Assembly: GCA_021816865.1 (NCBI GenBank)
Contig: JAKAWX010000003.1
Location: 110,960 to 174,959, forward strand
Direction: 5' to 3'
DNA from: Thermoplasmata archaeon
Lineage (GTDB): Archaea > Thermoplasmatota > Thermoplasmata > Lutacidiplasmatales > UBA184
DNA length: 64,000 nucleotides
Below, in pieces: positions 1 through 10,426 of the stretch. Each line of letters starts with the position of its first letter. The stretch's first letter is position 1. The position numbers and the translations under genes were made by a program. A model generated the notes under the pieces. That model made no database searches and was not told the origin of the DNA. It saw only the letters and a list, made by a program, of their open reading frames with translations.

Positions 1-1726
1 TCGTGAACATCGACAGGGTGTCGCCGAGCGAGGTCAAAAGGCGTGCGGTGTGACCCGGTCCAAGGACCTTGACCGAGGGAACGTCCCGCACGCCGAAGCG
101 GACCTCGGCCGGGGCGAGGTCCGCGACCGCCGCCGCGAGGACGTCATGCGCGTCGCGGGCGAGCGCGTCGACCGAGCGTCGCTCGCCGACCGGGTTGATC
201 CCCCCATCGACCTCGTGGACCACGTGGTTATCGGTCGTCATCACCTCGGCGACATCGACCACCGTCTCGAGCGAGCGCACGATCGGTTCGCGCAGGCCGA
301 CGACGAGGTTGTTGCCGTCGATCAGGACGTACCCCGTGGTCGTGCCCCCACCACGGATCGCGAGCGCGCGCATTCCCTGCGGACCGATCCCGTCGCCTCC
401 GATCGAATAGCCGTCGCGGACCGCCGCCCCGACCTCGATGGGTCCGTCCCGGGCGGCGGCGGCCGCGGCACGGACGGCGGCCTTCGCGTCCCGGATCATC
501 TTCTCGGCGGGCGGCGTCCCGTAGACGATGTCGCCTTTCCCTTCGATGTAGGAGTTGTGGGCGTCGACGAGCACGACCTTCGCGACCCCATCGGCGGTCA
601 GGTCGCGCACCAAGCGGTCGGCCACGCTGAACGCGATGTCGTCGGTCGGCGCGGGCGCCTGCGAGACCGCGACGAACACCGCATCGCCGAGCACCTGGGC
701 CCGGGCGAGGCTGTCAGGGTACGGCCGGACGAGAGGGCTCGCGCGGGACGGGGCGGGGGACGAGAGCGAGGCGAAGAGGTCCCGGCTCGCCGAGACGACC
801 CGGGCCACCTCGGACTCGCTCGGTAGGTCGAGGTCGTGGTCCGAGGGGGTGTGGGGGACGAGGACCGTCCCCGACGCCGGGCCGAGGCCCTCCGCGAGCT
901 TTCGGGGCAGGTCGCTCGCGCCGAGCGCGGCGAACGGGCCGGGATGGACGGTCGGGAGGGCGACGGTCACCGGGGGCCGGCCCGTTCGTTCGAAGCGGAG
1001 GAGGCGCACCGAAAGGTCGGCCGGGATCGCCGCCTTGAGGAAGAACTCCTCGAGCGACCGCGTCGCCTCCGGGTCCCGGCTCGCGACGTGGTCGAGCAAC
1101 GGGCGGATCAGGGCCACCCCGGAGGTCTGGAACTCGCGCCGGAGCGGTCGGTCGGCCGCCCGAACGAGCGCGACCGCGTAGACGAAAGCGAGGGCGAGGA
1201 TGACGAGAGCGCTCAGCGCCTCGGGCGCCGTCGGCGGGCGGACCGCAAAGAGCGCCACGAGGTAGAGCGCCGTGGGGAAGAGCGAGATCCCGACCATCCG
1301 AGCGTGGCTCGAGCGGGAAACGCCGTAGAGCGTGAGATGCCGGAACCAGAACGCCGGGCCGGCAAGAAAGACCCCGAGGAACACGAGGTCGGGGACCGCC
1401 GTGGGCCATGCCTGCCATGCTCCGCGCCAGACGAGCGCGAGCGGCGCCTGGAGCAAGAGCACCGTGAGCGAGAGGAACGCCGAGCGGTGGAACTCGAACC
1501 GGCCGCCGAGAGCGCGCGCGAGCGGCGGAGTGACGACGGCGGCGAGCAGCGAGGGGATCGCGAAGACGAAGAGGAACCCCTCGAGGAACCGGGGAGTGTC
1601 CGGAAGCCAGAGGAGGGCGGCGAGCGCCGCGCTCGCGACCACGATGAGGCCGACCGTGACGGCCGGTGGGGGGGCCCGAAAGAGGAGGTGCCCCCGGCGC
1701 ACGTCCCGGTGCGCTTCGCCCGTCAC
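1..1726 (-). CDS. DUF2070 family membrane protein (predicted membrane-associated hydrolase, neutral-ceramidase-like); 3' end runs off the window
   Basis: Not in the ORF track because it has no stop in the window. Hand translation from GTG at 1726 gives MTGEAHRDVRRGHLLFRAPPPAVTVGLIVV..., several N-terminal TM helices, then PTVHPGPFAALG, VDAHNSYIEG and EVMTTDNH motifs. Starts 13 nt after the GGGPS stop. Confidence 0.8.
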   Translation of the reverse strand, partial: MTGEAHRDVRRGHLLFRAPPPAVTVGLIVVASAALAALLWLPDTPRFLEGFLFVFAIPSLLAAVVTPPLARALGGRFEFHRSAFLSLTVLLLQAPLALVWRGAWQAWPTAVPDLVFLGVFLAGPAFWFRHLTLYGVSRSSHARMVGISLFPTALYLVALFAVRPPTAPEALSALVILALAFVYAVALVRAADRPLRREFQTSGVALIRPLLDHVASRDPEATRSLEEFFLKAAIPADLSVRLLRFERTGRPPVTVALPTVHPGPFAALGASDLPRKLAEGLGPASGTVLVPHTPSDHDLDLPSESEVARVVSASRDLFASLSSPAPSRASPLVRPYPDSLARAQVLGDAVFVAVSQAPAPTDDIAFSVADRLVRDLTADGVAKVVLVDAHNSYIEGKGDIVYGTPPAEKMIRDAKAAVRAAAAAARDGPIEVGAAVRDGYSIGGDGIGPQGMRALAIRGGGTTTGYVLIDGNNLVVGLREPIVRSLETVVDVAEVMTTDNHVVHEVDGGINPVGERRSVDALARDAHDVLAAAVADLAPAEVRFGVRDVPSVKVLGPGHTARLLTSLGDTLSMFT

Positions 1727-1739
1727 GGTCTCGGTCGGC

Positions 1740-2507
1740 TCAGGTCCCACGGGCGCGACGCACCTCCTCGAGAATCCCGCGGAAGCCGTCCCCGAGGCCC
1801 TCGTCCTCGGTGATCGTCCCGGTGACGAGCACGCTGGCACCCGCGGCCAGGAGCGGCGCGGCGTCCGCCGCGGATCGGATCCCACCGCCGACGACGATCG
1901 GGATCTCGATCGCCTTGCGCACGGCCGCCAGCATCGGCACGGGGACCGGGGCGGGAGCACCGGAGCCGGCCTCGAGGTAGACGAACCGCATCCCGAGCAG
2001 CTGGGCGGCGAGCGCGTACCCCGCGGCGAGACTGAGGTCGTCCCTCGCCACCGCGTCGACCTCCCCGACCTCACCGACCCGCATCCCGGGGGCGATCACG
2101 AGATAGCCGAGGGGGATCGGCTCGAGGCCCAGCGCTCGCACCGCGGGGGCCGCGCGGGCGTGGGAGCGGATCACGAAGTCGAGGTTCCGGGAATTGAGGA
2201 GGCTCATGAAGAGAAGGCCGTCCGCCTCGGGGGCGAGCGACGCCGGACCCTCGGGGAAGATCACGACCGGCACCTTCACGCTCGACTTCACGGCCTTCGC
2301 CGCGGCGCCGACCACCTCCCGCGAGATCCCGGTCGAGCCTCCGAGGAGGATCAGGTGGCTCCCGAGCGCGACCGCCCCCCGAGCGATGGCGCCCGCCTTC
2401 TCGCCCGGTGACTTGTCCGGGTCGATCAGGGTGAAGTGGAGCGGTCCCCCGCGAAGCTCGTCGGCGAGGTACTGCTCGACCCGTCCCCGGGTCGTCGGGC
2501 CGGTCAC
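1740..2507 (-). CDS. Geranylgeranylglyceryl phosphate (GGGP) synthase
   Basis: HFTLIDPDK, LLGGSTG, FMSLLNSRN, YLEAGSGA and VGGGIR motifs; start overlaps the DGGGPS stop. Confidence 0.95.
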   Translation of the reverse strand: MTGPTTRGRVEQYLADELRGGPLHFTLIDPDKSPGEKAGAIARGAVALGSHLILLGGSTGISREVVGAAAKAVKSSVKVPVVIFPEGPASLAPEADGLLFMSLLNSRNLDFVIRSHARAAPAVRALGLEPIPLGYLVIAPGMRVGEVGEVDAVARDDLSLAAGYALAAQLLGMRFVYLEAGSGAPAPVPVPMLAAVRKAIEIPIVVGGGIRSAADAAPLLAAGASVLVTGTITEDEGLGDGFRGILEEVRRARGT

Positions 2508-3352
2508 CGGAACGCCACCGCCAGGAAGGCGAACAACGCCACCGTCATCGCGAGCTTGCTCATCGTCTGCCCGTGGTGGAGCCGTCCGGGGAGGTGCCGC
2601 ACGGACTCACCGAAGATCAGGTCGGCGGCCCCGACCAGCACGACGTACATAATCCCCGCGACCGACGCGACCGGAACGAACCAAACCAGCGGCACGACGC
2701 TCAGCACGACGGCCGCCCCGACGCTCGCCCGCGCGACGCGGGCGCTGAACGGTAGGCCGTGCGTCTTCGGCAGCGTCGTCCGACCGACGTCGCCCGAGAC
2801 GTCCTCCATATCCTTGATCACCTCGCGGCTCAGCGTGGCGAGGAACGCCATTCCGGCGAACGGAAGCAGGATCGCGGCGTTCGAGGCGGCGGCGCCTCCG
2901 TAGAGGAACACCATCGCCGTCAAGAACGCGACCACGAGGTTCCCGACGAATCCGAGCGACTTCAGCCACAACTCGTAGCCGAGAAGGGCCAGGACGGCGA
3001 CGGCCAGGATCGCTCCCACGAGCGGCGCGACCGCCACCACGGGCAACGCGACCATGAGCCCCGAGAGGAACAGCACGACGACCAGCGCCCGGGCCGACTC
3101 GAACGGGACCTCCCCCGTCACGAGCGGGCGGTCGGGATGGTTCGTCCGGTCGATCTCGAGGTCGAGCACGTCGTTGAGGACGTTGCCCGCCGCCGTGACG
3201 CACGCGGTCGAGAACCCCGCGAGCAGCATGAGAGCCCAGAACCCCGCCGAGGGAACGAGCCCCGACCCGCGGGCGACGAGCCCCCCCACGAGCGTCCCGG
3301 CGAACGAAACGGCCACGTTCGCCGGCCTCACCAGCCGGACGGCGGGGTGCAC
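2504..3352 (-). CDS. Digeranylgeranylglyceryl phosphate (DGGGP) synthase, UbiA prenyltransferase family
   Basis: C-terminal part of track ORF 2504..4876; start re-called at GTG 3352 (VHPAVRLVRPAN). Motifs NDVLDLEIDRTNHPDRPL and REVIKDMEDVSGD; multiple TM helices. Confidence 0.92.
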   Translation of the reverse strand: MHPAVRLVRPANVAVSFAGTLVGGLVARGSGLVPSAGFWALMLLAGFSTACVTAAGNVLNDVLDLEIDRTNHPDRPLVTGEVPFESARALVVVLFLSGLMVALPVVAVAPLVGAILAVAVLALLGYELWLKSLGFVGNLVVAFLTAMVFLYGGAAASNAAILLPFAGMAFLATLSREVIKDMEDVSGDVGRTTLPKTHGLPFSARVARASVGAAVVLSVVPLVWFVPVASVAGIMYVVLVGAADLIFGESVRHLPGRLHHGQTMSKLAMTVALFAFLAVAFR

Positions 3353-3544
3353 GACCGGCGATGGCGGCGGAGCGGGGATAACCGTTGTGGTGGGGCGCCG
3401 GCGCGAGCCCCGCTTCGGCCGCACCTCGGGTTCGGCTCCGGTTTCCCGGAACCGGCCGCCGTTCCCGGGGGGAGGATGGCGACGACGGAAGCCGACGACA
3501 CCGGCTGGATGCGCGTTATAAGGGAACGCGGTTCGCGTCCGCCG

Positions 3545-4867
3545 ATGGCCCTCCCCACCGTCCCGAGGCCTCGGCTCACGAAGTTCGCGTTGCCGAACGG
3601 CCTCTCGGTCGTGCTCGCCCCCGAGCCGCTCAGCCCCACGACGAGCGTCTGGGTCTGGTACCGGGTCGGCTCGAAGAACGAGTGGCCCGGCATCACCGGT
3701 GCGTCGCACTGGGTCGAGCACATGCTTTTCGAGGGCTCGCCACGGTACAAGAAGGGCGATATCGACCGGGCCGTGGTGAGCGTCGGCGGGGAACTGAACG
3801 CGTTCACCGACACCGACTTCACGGCCTACTTCACGACCGTCCCCCGGGAGCACCTCTCGGTTCCGCTCGACATCGAGTCGGACCGGATGACCCGGGCCCT
3901 GATCGCGGACGACGAGGTTGCCCGCGAGCGGACGGTCATCCATTCCGAGCGGGAGGGCAACGAGAACTGGCCCGAGTTCCGCGTCGAGGAGGAGCTCTAC
4001 CAGCTCGCCTTCCGCGTCCACCCGTACCGCTGGGATGCGCTCGGACGTCGCGAGGATATCGAGCGGATGACCGCCGAGGAACTGCGCGGCTACTACCGGC
4101 GGTTCTACGGGACCCGGAACGCGATCCTCGTGGTCGCGGGCGGGTTCGACCTGGCCGCGACCTCCGCCGACGTCCGCCACCGGTTCTCCCCCCTCCCCGC
4201 GACGGGCGATGACGTCCGCGTCGCCGAGGTCGAGCCCGACCAGCGCGGCGAGCGCCGTGCCGAGCTCTCGGGACCGGGGACGACCCCGTACCTCCAGGTC
4301 GGCTGGCGGTCCCCGGCGCTCCACGACCCCACGACGCCCGCGACGATGGTGCTCGACACCCTGCTCGGAGGGGAGAGCCGCCTCTTCGCGGCCGGCCCCG
4401 GTTGGGGACGCGGCGCGCGGGAGCACCCGAGCGCGCGGCTCTACCGGGCGCTCGTCGATCCGGGGCTCGCGGTGCGCGCCACGAGCGAGTGGCGACCCCG
4501 GGAGTATCCGAGCCTCTTCACGGTCCAGGCGCTCGCCGCGCGCGGCGTCTCCCTCGACCGCCTCGAGGCGAAGGTCGAGGAGGTCGTGGACCGGCTCGCC
4601 CGCACCGGCCCGACGGCGAAGGAGATGGAAGACGTCCGGACGAAGGTCCGGCGCGGCGCCGCCCTCTCCTACGAAGGGGCGTCCCGGACGGGGTTCCGCC
4701 TTGGCTACTTCTCCGTCCTGCGCTCCCCCGAGTTCGAGGACAAGATCTATCGGGCGGTCCTCCGGACGACGGCCGCCGAGGTGAAGCTGCGGGCACGGGA
4801 GCTCTTCCGGCCCGCCCAGCGCGTCGTCGTCCGGTACGAGCCGATCGGAGGCGACCGCGATGAGTGA
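3545..4867 (+). CDS. M16 family zinc peptidase, catalytic subunit
   Basis: Inverted zinc motif HWVEH, LNAFT and HPY motifs; start re-called at ATG 3545. Confidence 0.92.
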   Translation: MALPTVPRPRLTKFALPNGLSVVLAPEPLSPTTSVWVWYRVGSKNEWPGITGASHWVEHMLFEGSPRYKKGDIDRAVVSVGGELNAFTDTDFTAYFTTVPREHLSVPLDIESDRMTRALIADDEVARERTVIHSEREGNENWPEFRVEEELYQLAFRVHPYRWDALGRREDIERMTAEELRGYYRRFYGTRNAILVVAGGFDLAATSADVRHRFSPLPATGDDVRVAEVEPDQRGERRAELSGPGTTPYLQVGWRSPALHDPTTPATMVLDTLLGGESRLFAAGPGWGRGAREHPSARLYRALVDPGLAVRATSEWRPREYPSLFTVQALAARGVSLDRLEAKVEEVVDRLARTGPTAKEMEDVRTKVRRGAALSYEGASRTGFRLGYFSVLRSPEFEDKIYRAVLRTTAAEVKLRARELFRPAQRVVVRYEPIGGDRDE

Positions 4868-6131
4868 GTCGAGCAACCCGCTCGAGATCGAGTACGGGAT
4901 CGAGCTCGACGGCCTGCGCGTCGTGCGCCAGGCCTCCCCCGCCGGGGCCGCCAGCTTTTCCGCCTCCTACGTGGGACCTGCCGGCTGGGGGTTCGACCCC
5001 AGCGGCCTCGAGGGGACCGCGCGGCTCGTCAACCAGCTTATCACGAGCGCCGCCGGGGCGCGCGACCGCGTCGAGCTCGCCCGCGCGCTCGACCGGGCCG
5101 GGGCGACCCTCTCCCGGCAAAGCGCGCCCGAATCCGGCGAGGTTACGATCTGGGGCCCCGCGACCGGATGGGAGCGCCTTTTGGGGATCCTCGCGGACGT
5201 CGTGCTCCGGCCCCGGTTCGACCCGAGCGACGTCGCGCGCGCCCGCCGCCAGATCCGAGAGGTCCAGCTCCGGGAGGCGACGCAGCCGGCGAACCGCGCC
5301 GAGCGCGAGCTCTGGCGGACCGTCTTCCCCGACGGCCACCCGTACCGGGAATCCGGCCTCGGCTCCGCCACGTCGGTCGACCGTATCGCGCGGGCCGACC
5401 TCGTTCGCTTCCACCGCCGGCACTACACGAGCGGCGACGCGGTCCTCGTCGTGACCGCGCCCGCCCGACGACCGGCGGTCGAGCGGGCCGCGCGACGGCT
5501 CTTCGGCACGTTCGCCGAGACGCGGGGCCCCCGGCTCGCGCTTCCCAAGGTCCGTGCACCGGCCGTGGCGACGCGCTCGGTCGACCTGCCGGGCCGTTCG
5601 CAGGTCGAAGTACGCGTTGGCGGCGCGTCGATCGCCCGTTCGGCGCCCGAATACCCCGCCGCCGCGCTCGCGAACGAGATCCTCGGGGGCCGCCCGCTCC
5701 TGAGCCGGCTCTTCCAGCGCGTCCGCGAGCACGGCGGGCTCGCCTACCACGCGTCGAGCTCCCTCGAGGCGATGCGGTTCGCCGGCCACTGGGAGGTCCA
5801 GGCCGGCACCGGCGCGGACCGCTACCGCAAGGTCCTCCCGATGCTCCGCGAGGAGCTCGACCGGTTGCGGACCGACACCGTCGGCGCGCGCGAGCTCGCC
5901 GCGATCCGCGAGAGCGCGATCGGCGAGATCCCTCTCGCGCTCGAATCGACCTCGGACGCGCACGAGCTGGCGGTCGACGTCGCCTACCACCGGCTCGCGG
6001 GCGACTACTGGCTGAGGTGGCCCGCGGCGCTGCGAGCCGTCCGTCCGGTCGACGTGAGGGAAGCGGCCGAGGTCGCGATCGACCGCCGGAGCTCGGTGAC
6101 GGTCCTCGCGGGGCCGCTCGGTTCGCGCTGA
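4860..6131 (+). CDS. M16 family peptidase, non-catalytic partner subunit
   Basis: M16 fold motifs (HPY, SRLFQRVRE..GLAY) without HXXEH; overlaps the upstream gene by 8 nt. Confidence 0.88.
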   Translation: MSESSNPLEIEYGIELDGLRVVRQASPAGAASFSASYVGPAGWGFDPSGLEGTARLVNQLITSAAGARDRVELARALDRAGATLSRQSAPESGEVTIWGPATGWERLLGILADVVLRPRFDPSDVARARRQIREVQLREATQPANRAERELWRTVFPDGHPYRESGLGSATSVDRIARADLVRFHRRHYTSGDAVLVVTAPARRPAVERAARRLFGTFAETRGPRLALPKVRAPAVATRSVDLPGRSQVEVRVGGASIARSAPEYPAAALANEILGGRPLLSRLFQRVREHGGLAYHASSSLEAMRFAGHWEVQAGTGADRYRKVLPMLREELDRLRTDTVGARELAAIRESAIGEIPLALESTSDAHELAVDVAYHRLAGDYWLRWPAALRAVRPVDVREAAEVAIDRRSSVTVLAGPLGSR

Positions 6132-6191
6132 GTCTTCGGCGCCGGGCGGCGGAGGGGACGGGCCGCTAGCGGTTCGGGGAAGCGACGACCG

Positions 6192-7037
6192 CTACGGGCC
6201 GTCGCGCACCCGCTCCGGATGGGCGTAGAGGCTCAACCGGTCGCCTCGGACGAACGCGGCGAGCGTGATCCCGAATCGGTCGGCGGCCGTGACGGCAAGG
6301 CTCGACGGCGCGGAGACCGCAGCGACCACCGGGACGCCGGCCGCGTGGGCCTTTTGGACGATCTCGAAGCTCACGCGTCCGCTCACCTGGAGGAGAAGGC
6401 CCGACGCCGGCAGACGGCCGTCGAGGAAGAGGCGGCCGACGACCTTGTCGACGGCGTTGTGCCGTCCGATATCCTCGGCGACCGCCACCGCCCGATCGTC
6501 CGCGTCGAAGAGGCCCGCGGCGTGCAAGCCACCGGTCCGCTCGAAGAGGCGCTGGTGGGCGCGCAGCGCCTCGGGGAGCGCGGCGAGGCGGCGCGCGCTC
6601 ACCACGAGGTCGCTCTTCACCGGTCCCCCGCGCTCGGCGTAGATCCCCTTCACGAGCGCTCGGCCGCACACCCCGCAGCTCGAGTTCGTCAGGAACTGTC
6701 GACGGGCGCCCGCGTCGACCGTCACGGGGCGGCGCGTGTGGACGTCGACGATCTGGTCCCCGTTCGCGGCGTGCGACTCGATCCGGTCGACCTCGGCCCG
6801 GTCGGAGAGAACCCCTTCCGCGAACAGGAACCCGGCGGCGAGGCTCTCGTCGTCGGTCGGGGTGCGCATCGTGACGCTCACCGTTTCGGCGCGGCCCGCG
6901 CACACCAGGCGGATCTCGAGCGGCTCCTCCGTCACGACCGTCTCGGGCGCCGGGTAGGAGAGGGGCCCGCGGCCGTCCGGGACCGACCACTTCACGCTGT
7001 CGACCGTCGTGACGCTCGCGAGCTCGCCCGACCTCAT
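6192..7037 (-). CDS. fdhD: Formate dehydrogenase accessory sulfurtransferase FdhD
   Basis: TMRTP, SSCGVCG, TGGLHAAGLF, EDIGRHNAVDK and SGRVSFEIVQKA motifs. Confidence 0.95.
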   Translation of the reverse strand: MRSGELASVTTVDSVKWSVPDGRGPLSYPAPETVVTEEPLEIRLVCAGRAETVSVTMRTPTDDESLAAGFLFAEGVLSDRAEVDRIESHAANGDQIVDVHTRRPVTVDAGARRQFLTNSSCGVCGRALVKGIYAERGGPVKSDLVVSARRLAALPEALRAHQRLFERTGGLHAAGLFDADDRAVAVAEDIGRHNAVDKVVGRLFLDGRLPASGLLLQVSGRVSFEIVQKAHAAGVPVVAAVSAPSSLAVTAADRFGITLAAFVRGDRLSLYAHPERVRDGP

Positions 7038-7038
7038 C

Positions 7039-7506
7039 TCACGGCCCGGGAGATCGACCGGCGCCCCTCAGGAACCCGAGGGTCATGCGCACCCCTCGGT
7101 TGACGTCCGGGTCGTTCAGCGCGGCGAGCACCTCGATCGGCCCGATCGGCGGGCCGGCGGCGGCGCGCTCGGCCTCGGCGAGGGCGCGCGGGACCCGTGC
7201 GGTCCAAGAGGCGAGCGCGGCGGGGTCGACGTCGCGGAACGCCGCCGCGAGCGCGGTCGCCGCGCGCATCGCGCCGCGGACGTCGGAGGCGGGCAGCCTC
7301 TGGGTGAGCACCTCGACCACCCGGTCCTCCTCGCGGAGGAGGTCGGAGCCGAACCGCAAGAACCCTTTCTCGTCCAGGAGGCGCAGGAGGGCGAGGAACG
7401 CTCGCAGGGAGTCGGCGGAGGCAACGAGATCGGTCCCGAACGCCCCGGACGCGGCGACCGGGGAGGTAGCGCTCGCCGGCGGTCGGGACCGGATCGGGCG
7501 CGCCAT
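7039..7506 (-). CDS. DUF1641 (YjgD/ForE-like) partner subunit of formate dehydrogenase
   Basis: MARPI start, L..LDEKGFL, C-terminal ALNDPDVNRGV..LGFLRG; directly follows the FDH alpha gene. Confidence 0.85.
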   Translation of the reverse strand: MARPIRSRPPASATSPVAASGAFGTDLVASADSLRAFLALLRLLDEKGFLRFGSDLLREEDRVVEVLTQRLPASDVRGAMRAATALAAAFRDVDPAALASWTARVPRALAEAERAAAGPPIGPIEVLAALNDPDVNRGVRMTLGFLRGAGRSPGP

Positions 7507-7507
7507 G

Positions 7508-10426
7508 CTAGCTCCCCGGCGGGCGGTAGTCGGGGCGGGCCCACTTCTTGGCGACCTCCACCCCGTGCTGGGGGCGGCGGAGCTTGCCGCGCGGGTTCGA
7601 GGGGCGGACGGGCGATTCGAGCGGACCCGCCGGGTCGATCCGCTCGAGGCGCACCCGGGTCCCCTTGTAGTCGGGCGTCGACGTCGGGGGGTCCCGGACG
7701 TCGCTCGTGAGCCGGTTGACGGCCGCCTCCCCGCGGTCGTTCAGGGAAAGGAACAGCGTGCGGCCACGGACGCGGTCGGTGACATGGACCCGCGTCCGGA
7801 CCGCGCCCGACGCGGAGACGAGGCGCACCGTGTCGCCCTCGCGGAGGCCCCGCTCGTCGGCGAGCACGCTCGACACCTCGACGTACGAACCGGGCACTTT
7901 CGCGGAGATCCCGGGGGTCTCGTACGTGAGGTTCCCCCAGTGGAAGTGCTCCAGGACCCGGCCGTTGTCGAGCGAGAGGTCGAACTCGGGGTCGACCGGC
8001 GCGGGCTCGGTCGTGTCGACCGGGAAGAAGTGCGCCTTCCCCTCGGGAAGGTTGAACCGTTCGAGGTGGAGTACCGGCGTGTCGGTGCCGTCGGCGCGGA
8101 TCGGCCAGAGCAGGCTCCGGAATCCCTCGAGCCGGGCGAAGCTCGCCCCGGCGAAGGCGGGCGTGACCCGCGCGACCTCGTCGAGCACGTCGGACGGCGA
8201 CGTCGCGGTCCATCGGGCGCCGAGCCGGTTCGCGAGCGCGGTGAGGATCTCCCCGTCGGTCTTCGTCCCCTCGAGCGGAGGGAAAGCGCGGTAGAGGCGC
8301 TGGAGGCGGCGCTCGGTGTTGACGAACGATCCCTCCTTTTCGAGGCTCGCCGCGACGGGCAGCACGACGTCCGCGTACTCGGCGGTGCGGGTCAGGAAGA
8401 GGTCCTGGACGACCAGGAGGTCGAGGCGCTCGAACGCCCGGGCTACCTTCGCCTCGTCCGCGTCGGCGAGCAGCTTGTCCTCCCCGAGGATGTAAAGGGC
8501 GTGGAGGCGCCCGTCGAGGATCGCGTCGACAAGCTCCGTGCTCGTGAGTCCCTTCGTCGACGGAAGGGGTGTGGCCCACTCCCGTTCGACGCGCGCCCGC
8601 GCGTCGGCGTTGTCGACGCGCTCGTACCCCGGAAGGAACGCGGGCAGGCATCCGAAGTCGCTCACGCCCTGCACGTTCGCATGACCGCGCAGCGGGTACC
8701 CCCCGGTGGAGGGGCGCCCAAAGTTGCCGGTGACGAGGAGGAGGTTGCAGATCGCGGTCGAGGTGTCGCTGCCGTTCTGGTGCTGGGTCACGCCCATCGC
8801 CCAGAGGATGCACGCGGTGCGGGCGGCATGGAACATCTCGGCCGTGCGGACGATCTCGGCCCGAGGGATCCCGGTCGCCTCCTCCGCGAACTCGAGCGTG
8901 AACTTCGCGAGACTCTCTTTCCATCGGTCGAAACCCTGCGTCCGCTCGGCGATGAAGCGACGGTCCTCCCACCCCTGGTCGACGAGGTACCGGGCGACGG
9001 CGTTGAGGAGCACGAGGTCGGTCCCGGCGCGGGGCGAGAGGAAGAGGTCCGCGCGGGCGGCGAGCTCGTGGCGCCGAGGGTCGACGACGAGCAGCTTCAG
9101 GCGGCCCTGCTTTTGCGCCCGTTTGATCCGTCCCGCGAGGACCGGGTGGGCCTCGGCGGCGTTCGACCCGATCGTCATCACGAGCTCCGCGCTCTCGATG
9201 TCGGCGAAGGTCCCGGGGTCGGCGCCGACGCCGACCGTGCGGAACAGGCCGGTCGTGGCCGGGGCCTGGCAGTAGCGCGCGCAGTTGTCGACGTTGTTCG
9301 TGCCGAGGACCTGGCGGGCGAACTTCTGGGTGAGGTACGCCTCCTCGTTCGTCCCGGTGCACGTGGCGATGATCCCGATCGAGTCGGGGCCGTAGCGCTC
9401 ACGGATCTCGCGGAGGCGGGAGGCGACCCGGTCGAGCGCGTCGTCCCACCCCGTCGTACGGAAGCGGTCGCCGTCGCGCACGAGCGGCTCAGTAAGACGA
9501 TTCGGGCTGTTGACGAACCCGAGACCGAACTTCCCTTTCACGCAGGTCGCGATCCCGTTCGCCGGCGACTCGGCGCGCGGGAGCACCTTGAGGATCTCGC
9601 GGCCGCGGGTCCAGACCTCGAACGAGCACCCGACGCCGCAGAACGGGCAGACGGTCTTGGTGCGCGCGATCGAGCCCGCGCGCGACGCGGCCTCGATCTC
9701 GCTCGACAGCCAGAGCGGTTCGAGGTCGGGCGAGGCCTCCTTGACCCACGAGACGAGGTGCGAGCGCGCGGGAGCCGAGAGCCCCGAGAAGTGCGCCGCT
9801 CGTCCCTTCATCGACTTCTCGAGGAGGGCGTCGACGGGGCAGACGGTCGCGCACGTCCCGCACGAGACGCAGGACGAGCGGTCGATCTCCGCGCCGTCGT
9901 CCCAGACGACCCGGGGCGGCTCGAGCGACCAGTCGATGTGGAGGACCTCGTGGACGACGACCTCCTGGCAGGCCTCGACGCAGCGGCCGCAGAGAATGCA
10001 CTGGCTCGGGTTGTAGGAGTAGAACGGGCTAGAGTCGTCGACCGGGTACGGCTTCGGCCGGAACGACTGGATCTGGATTCCCATGCGGAGCGCGGTGTTG
10101 TGGAGCTCGCAGTCGCCGTTGTTGCGGTCGCAGATCGTGCACGCGAGCTCGTGGTTCTCGAGCAGGCGGCCCATCGCGGCCTCGCGGGCGGCGACGACCG
10201 TCGGGCTCGAGGCGTCCACCTGCATACCTTCCTCGAGCTGCGTCGCGCACGACCGCACGACGCGCCCGTCGACGACGACGAGGCAGGTATCGCACGTCGC
10301 GAGCGGGCCGAGCTTCGGGTGATAGCAGACGCTCGGAACGCTGCGCCCCGTGGCACGCAAGAACTCGAGGAGGGACCCGCTCGGCGGGGCCTCTCGCGGC
10401 TCCCCGTCGAGAACGACCCGAACCAT
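7508..10426 (-). CDS. fdhF: Molybdopterin formate dehydrogenase alpha subunit (YjgC/ForC-like) with N-terminal 2Fe-2S/4Fe-4S modules
   Basis: Fe-S motifs CY..CDTC..C, H...CxxC....C, CILCGRCVEAC, CVSCGTCATVCP and CPFCGVGC; active-site region NCARYCQAP; PLRGHANVQG. Confidence 0.93.
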   Translation of the reverse strand: MVRVVLDGEPREAPPSGSLLEFLRATGRSVPSVCYHPKLGPLATCDTCLVVVDGRVVRSCATQLEEGMQVDASSPTVVAAREAAMGRLLENHELACTICDRNNGDCELHNTALRMGIQIQSFRPKPYPVDDSSPFYSYNPSQCILCGRCVEACQEVVVHEVLHIDWSLEPPRVVWDDGAEIDRSSCVSCGTCATVCPVDALLEKSMKGRAAHFSGLSAPARSHLVSWVKEASPDLEPLWLSSEIEAASRAGSIARTKTVCPFCGVGCSFEVWTRGREILKVLPRAESPANGIATCVKGKFGLGFVNSPNRLTEPLVRDGDRFRTTGWDDALDRVASRLREIRERYGPDSIGIIATCTGTNEEAYLTQKFARQVLGTNNVDNCARYCQAPATTGLFRTVGVGADPGTFADIESAELVMTIGSNAAEAHPVLAGRIKRAQKQGRLKLLVVDPRRHELAARADLFLSPRAGTDLVLLNAVARYLVDQGWEDRRFIAERTQGFDRWKESLAKFTLEFAEEATGIPRAEIVRTAEMFHAARTACILWAMGVTQHQNGSDTSTAICNLLLVTGNFGRPSTGGYPLRGHANVQGVSDFGCLPAFLPGYERVDNADARARVEREWATPLPSTKGLTSTELVDAILDGRLHALYILGEDKLLADADEAKVARAFERLDLLVVQDLFLTRTAEYADVVLPVAASLEKEGSFVNTERRLQRLYRAFPPLEGTKTDGEILTALANRLGARWTATSPSDVLDEVARVTPAFAGASFARLEGFRSLLWPIRADGTDTPVLHLERFNLPEGKAHFFPVDTTEPAPVDPEFDLSLDNGRVLEHFHWGNLTYETPGISAKVPGSYVEVSSVLADERGLREGDTVRLVSASGAVRTRVHVTDRVRGRTLFLSLNDRGEAAVNRLTSDVRDPPTSTPDYKGTRVRLERIDPAGPLESPVRPSNPRGKLRRPQHGVEVAKKWARPDYRPPGS

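Noticed and set aside
2504-4876. 790-aa extended DGGGPS ORF
   Set aside because: The N-terminal ~500 aa is antisense to the M16 gene; the real gene starts near 3352
9255-9290. Selenocysteine-containing FDH
   Set aside because: The active-site codon is TGC (Cys) and the frame is uninterrupted
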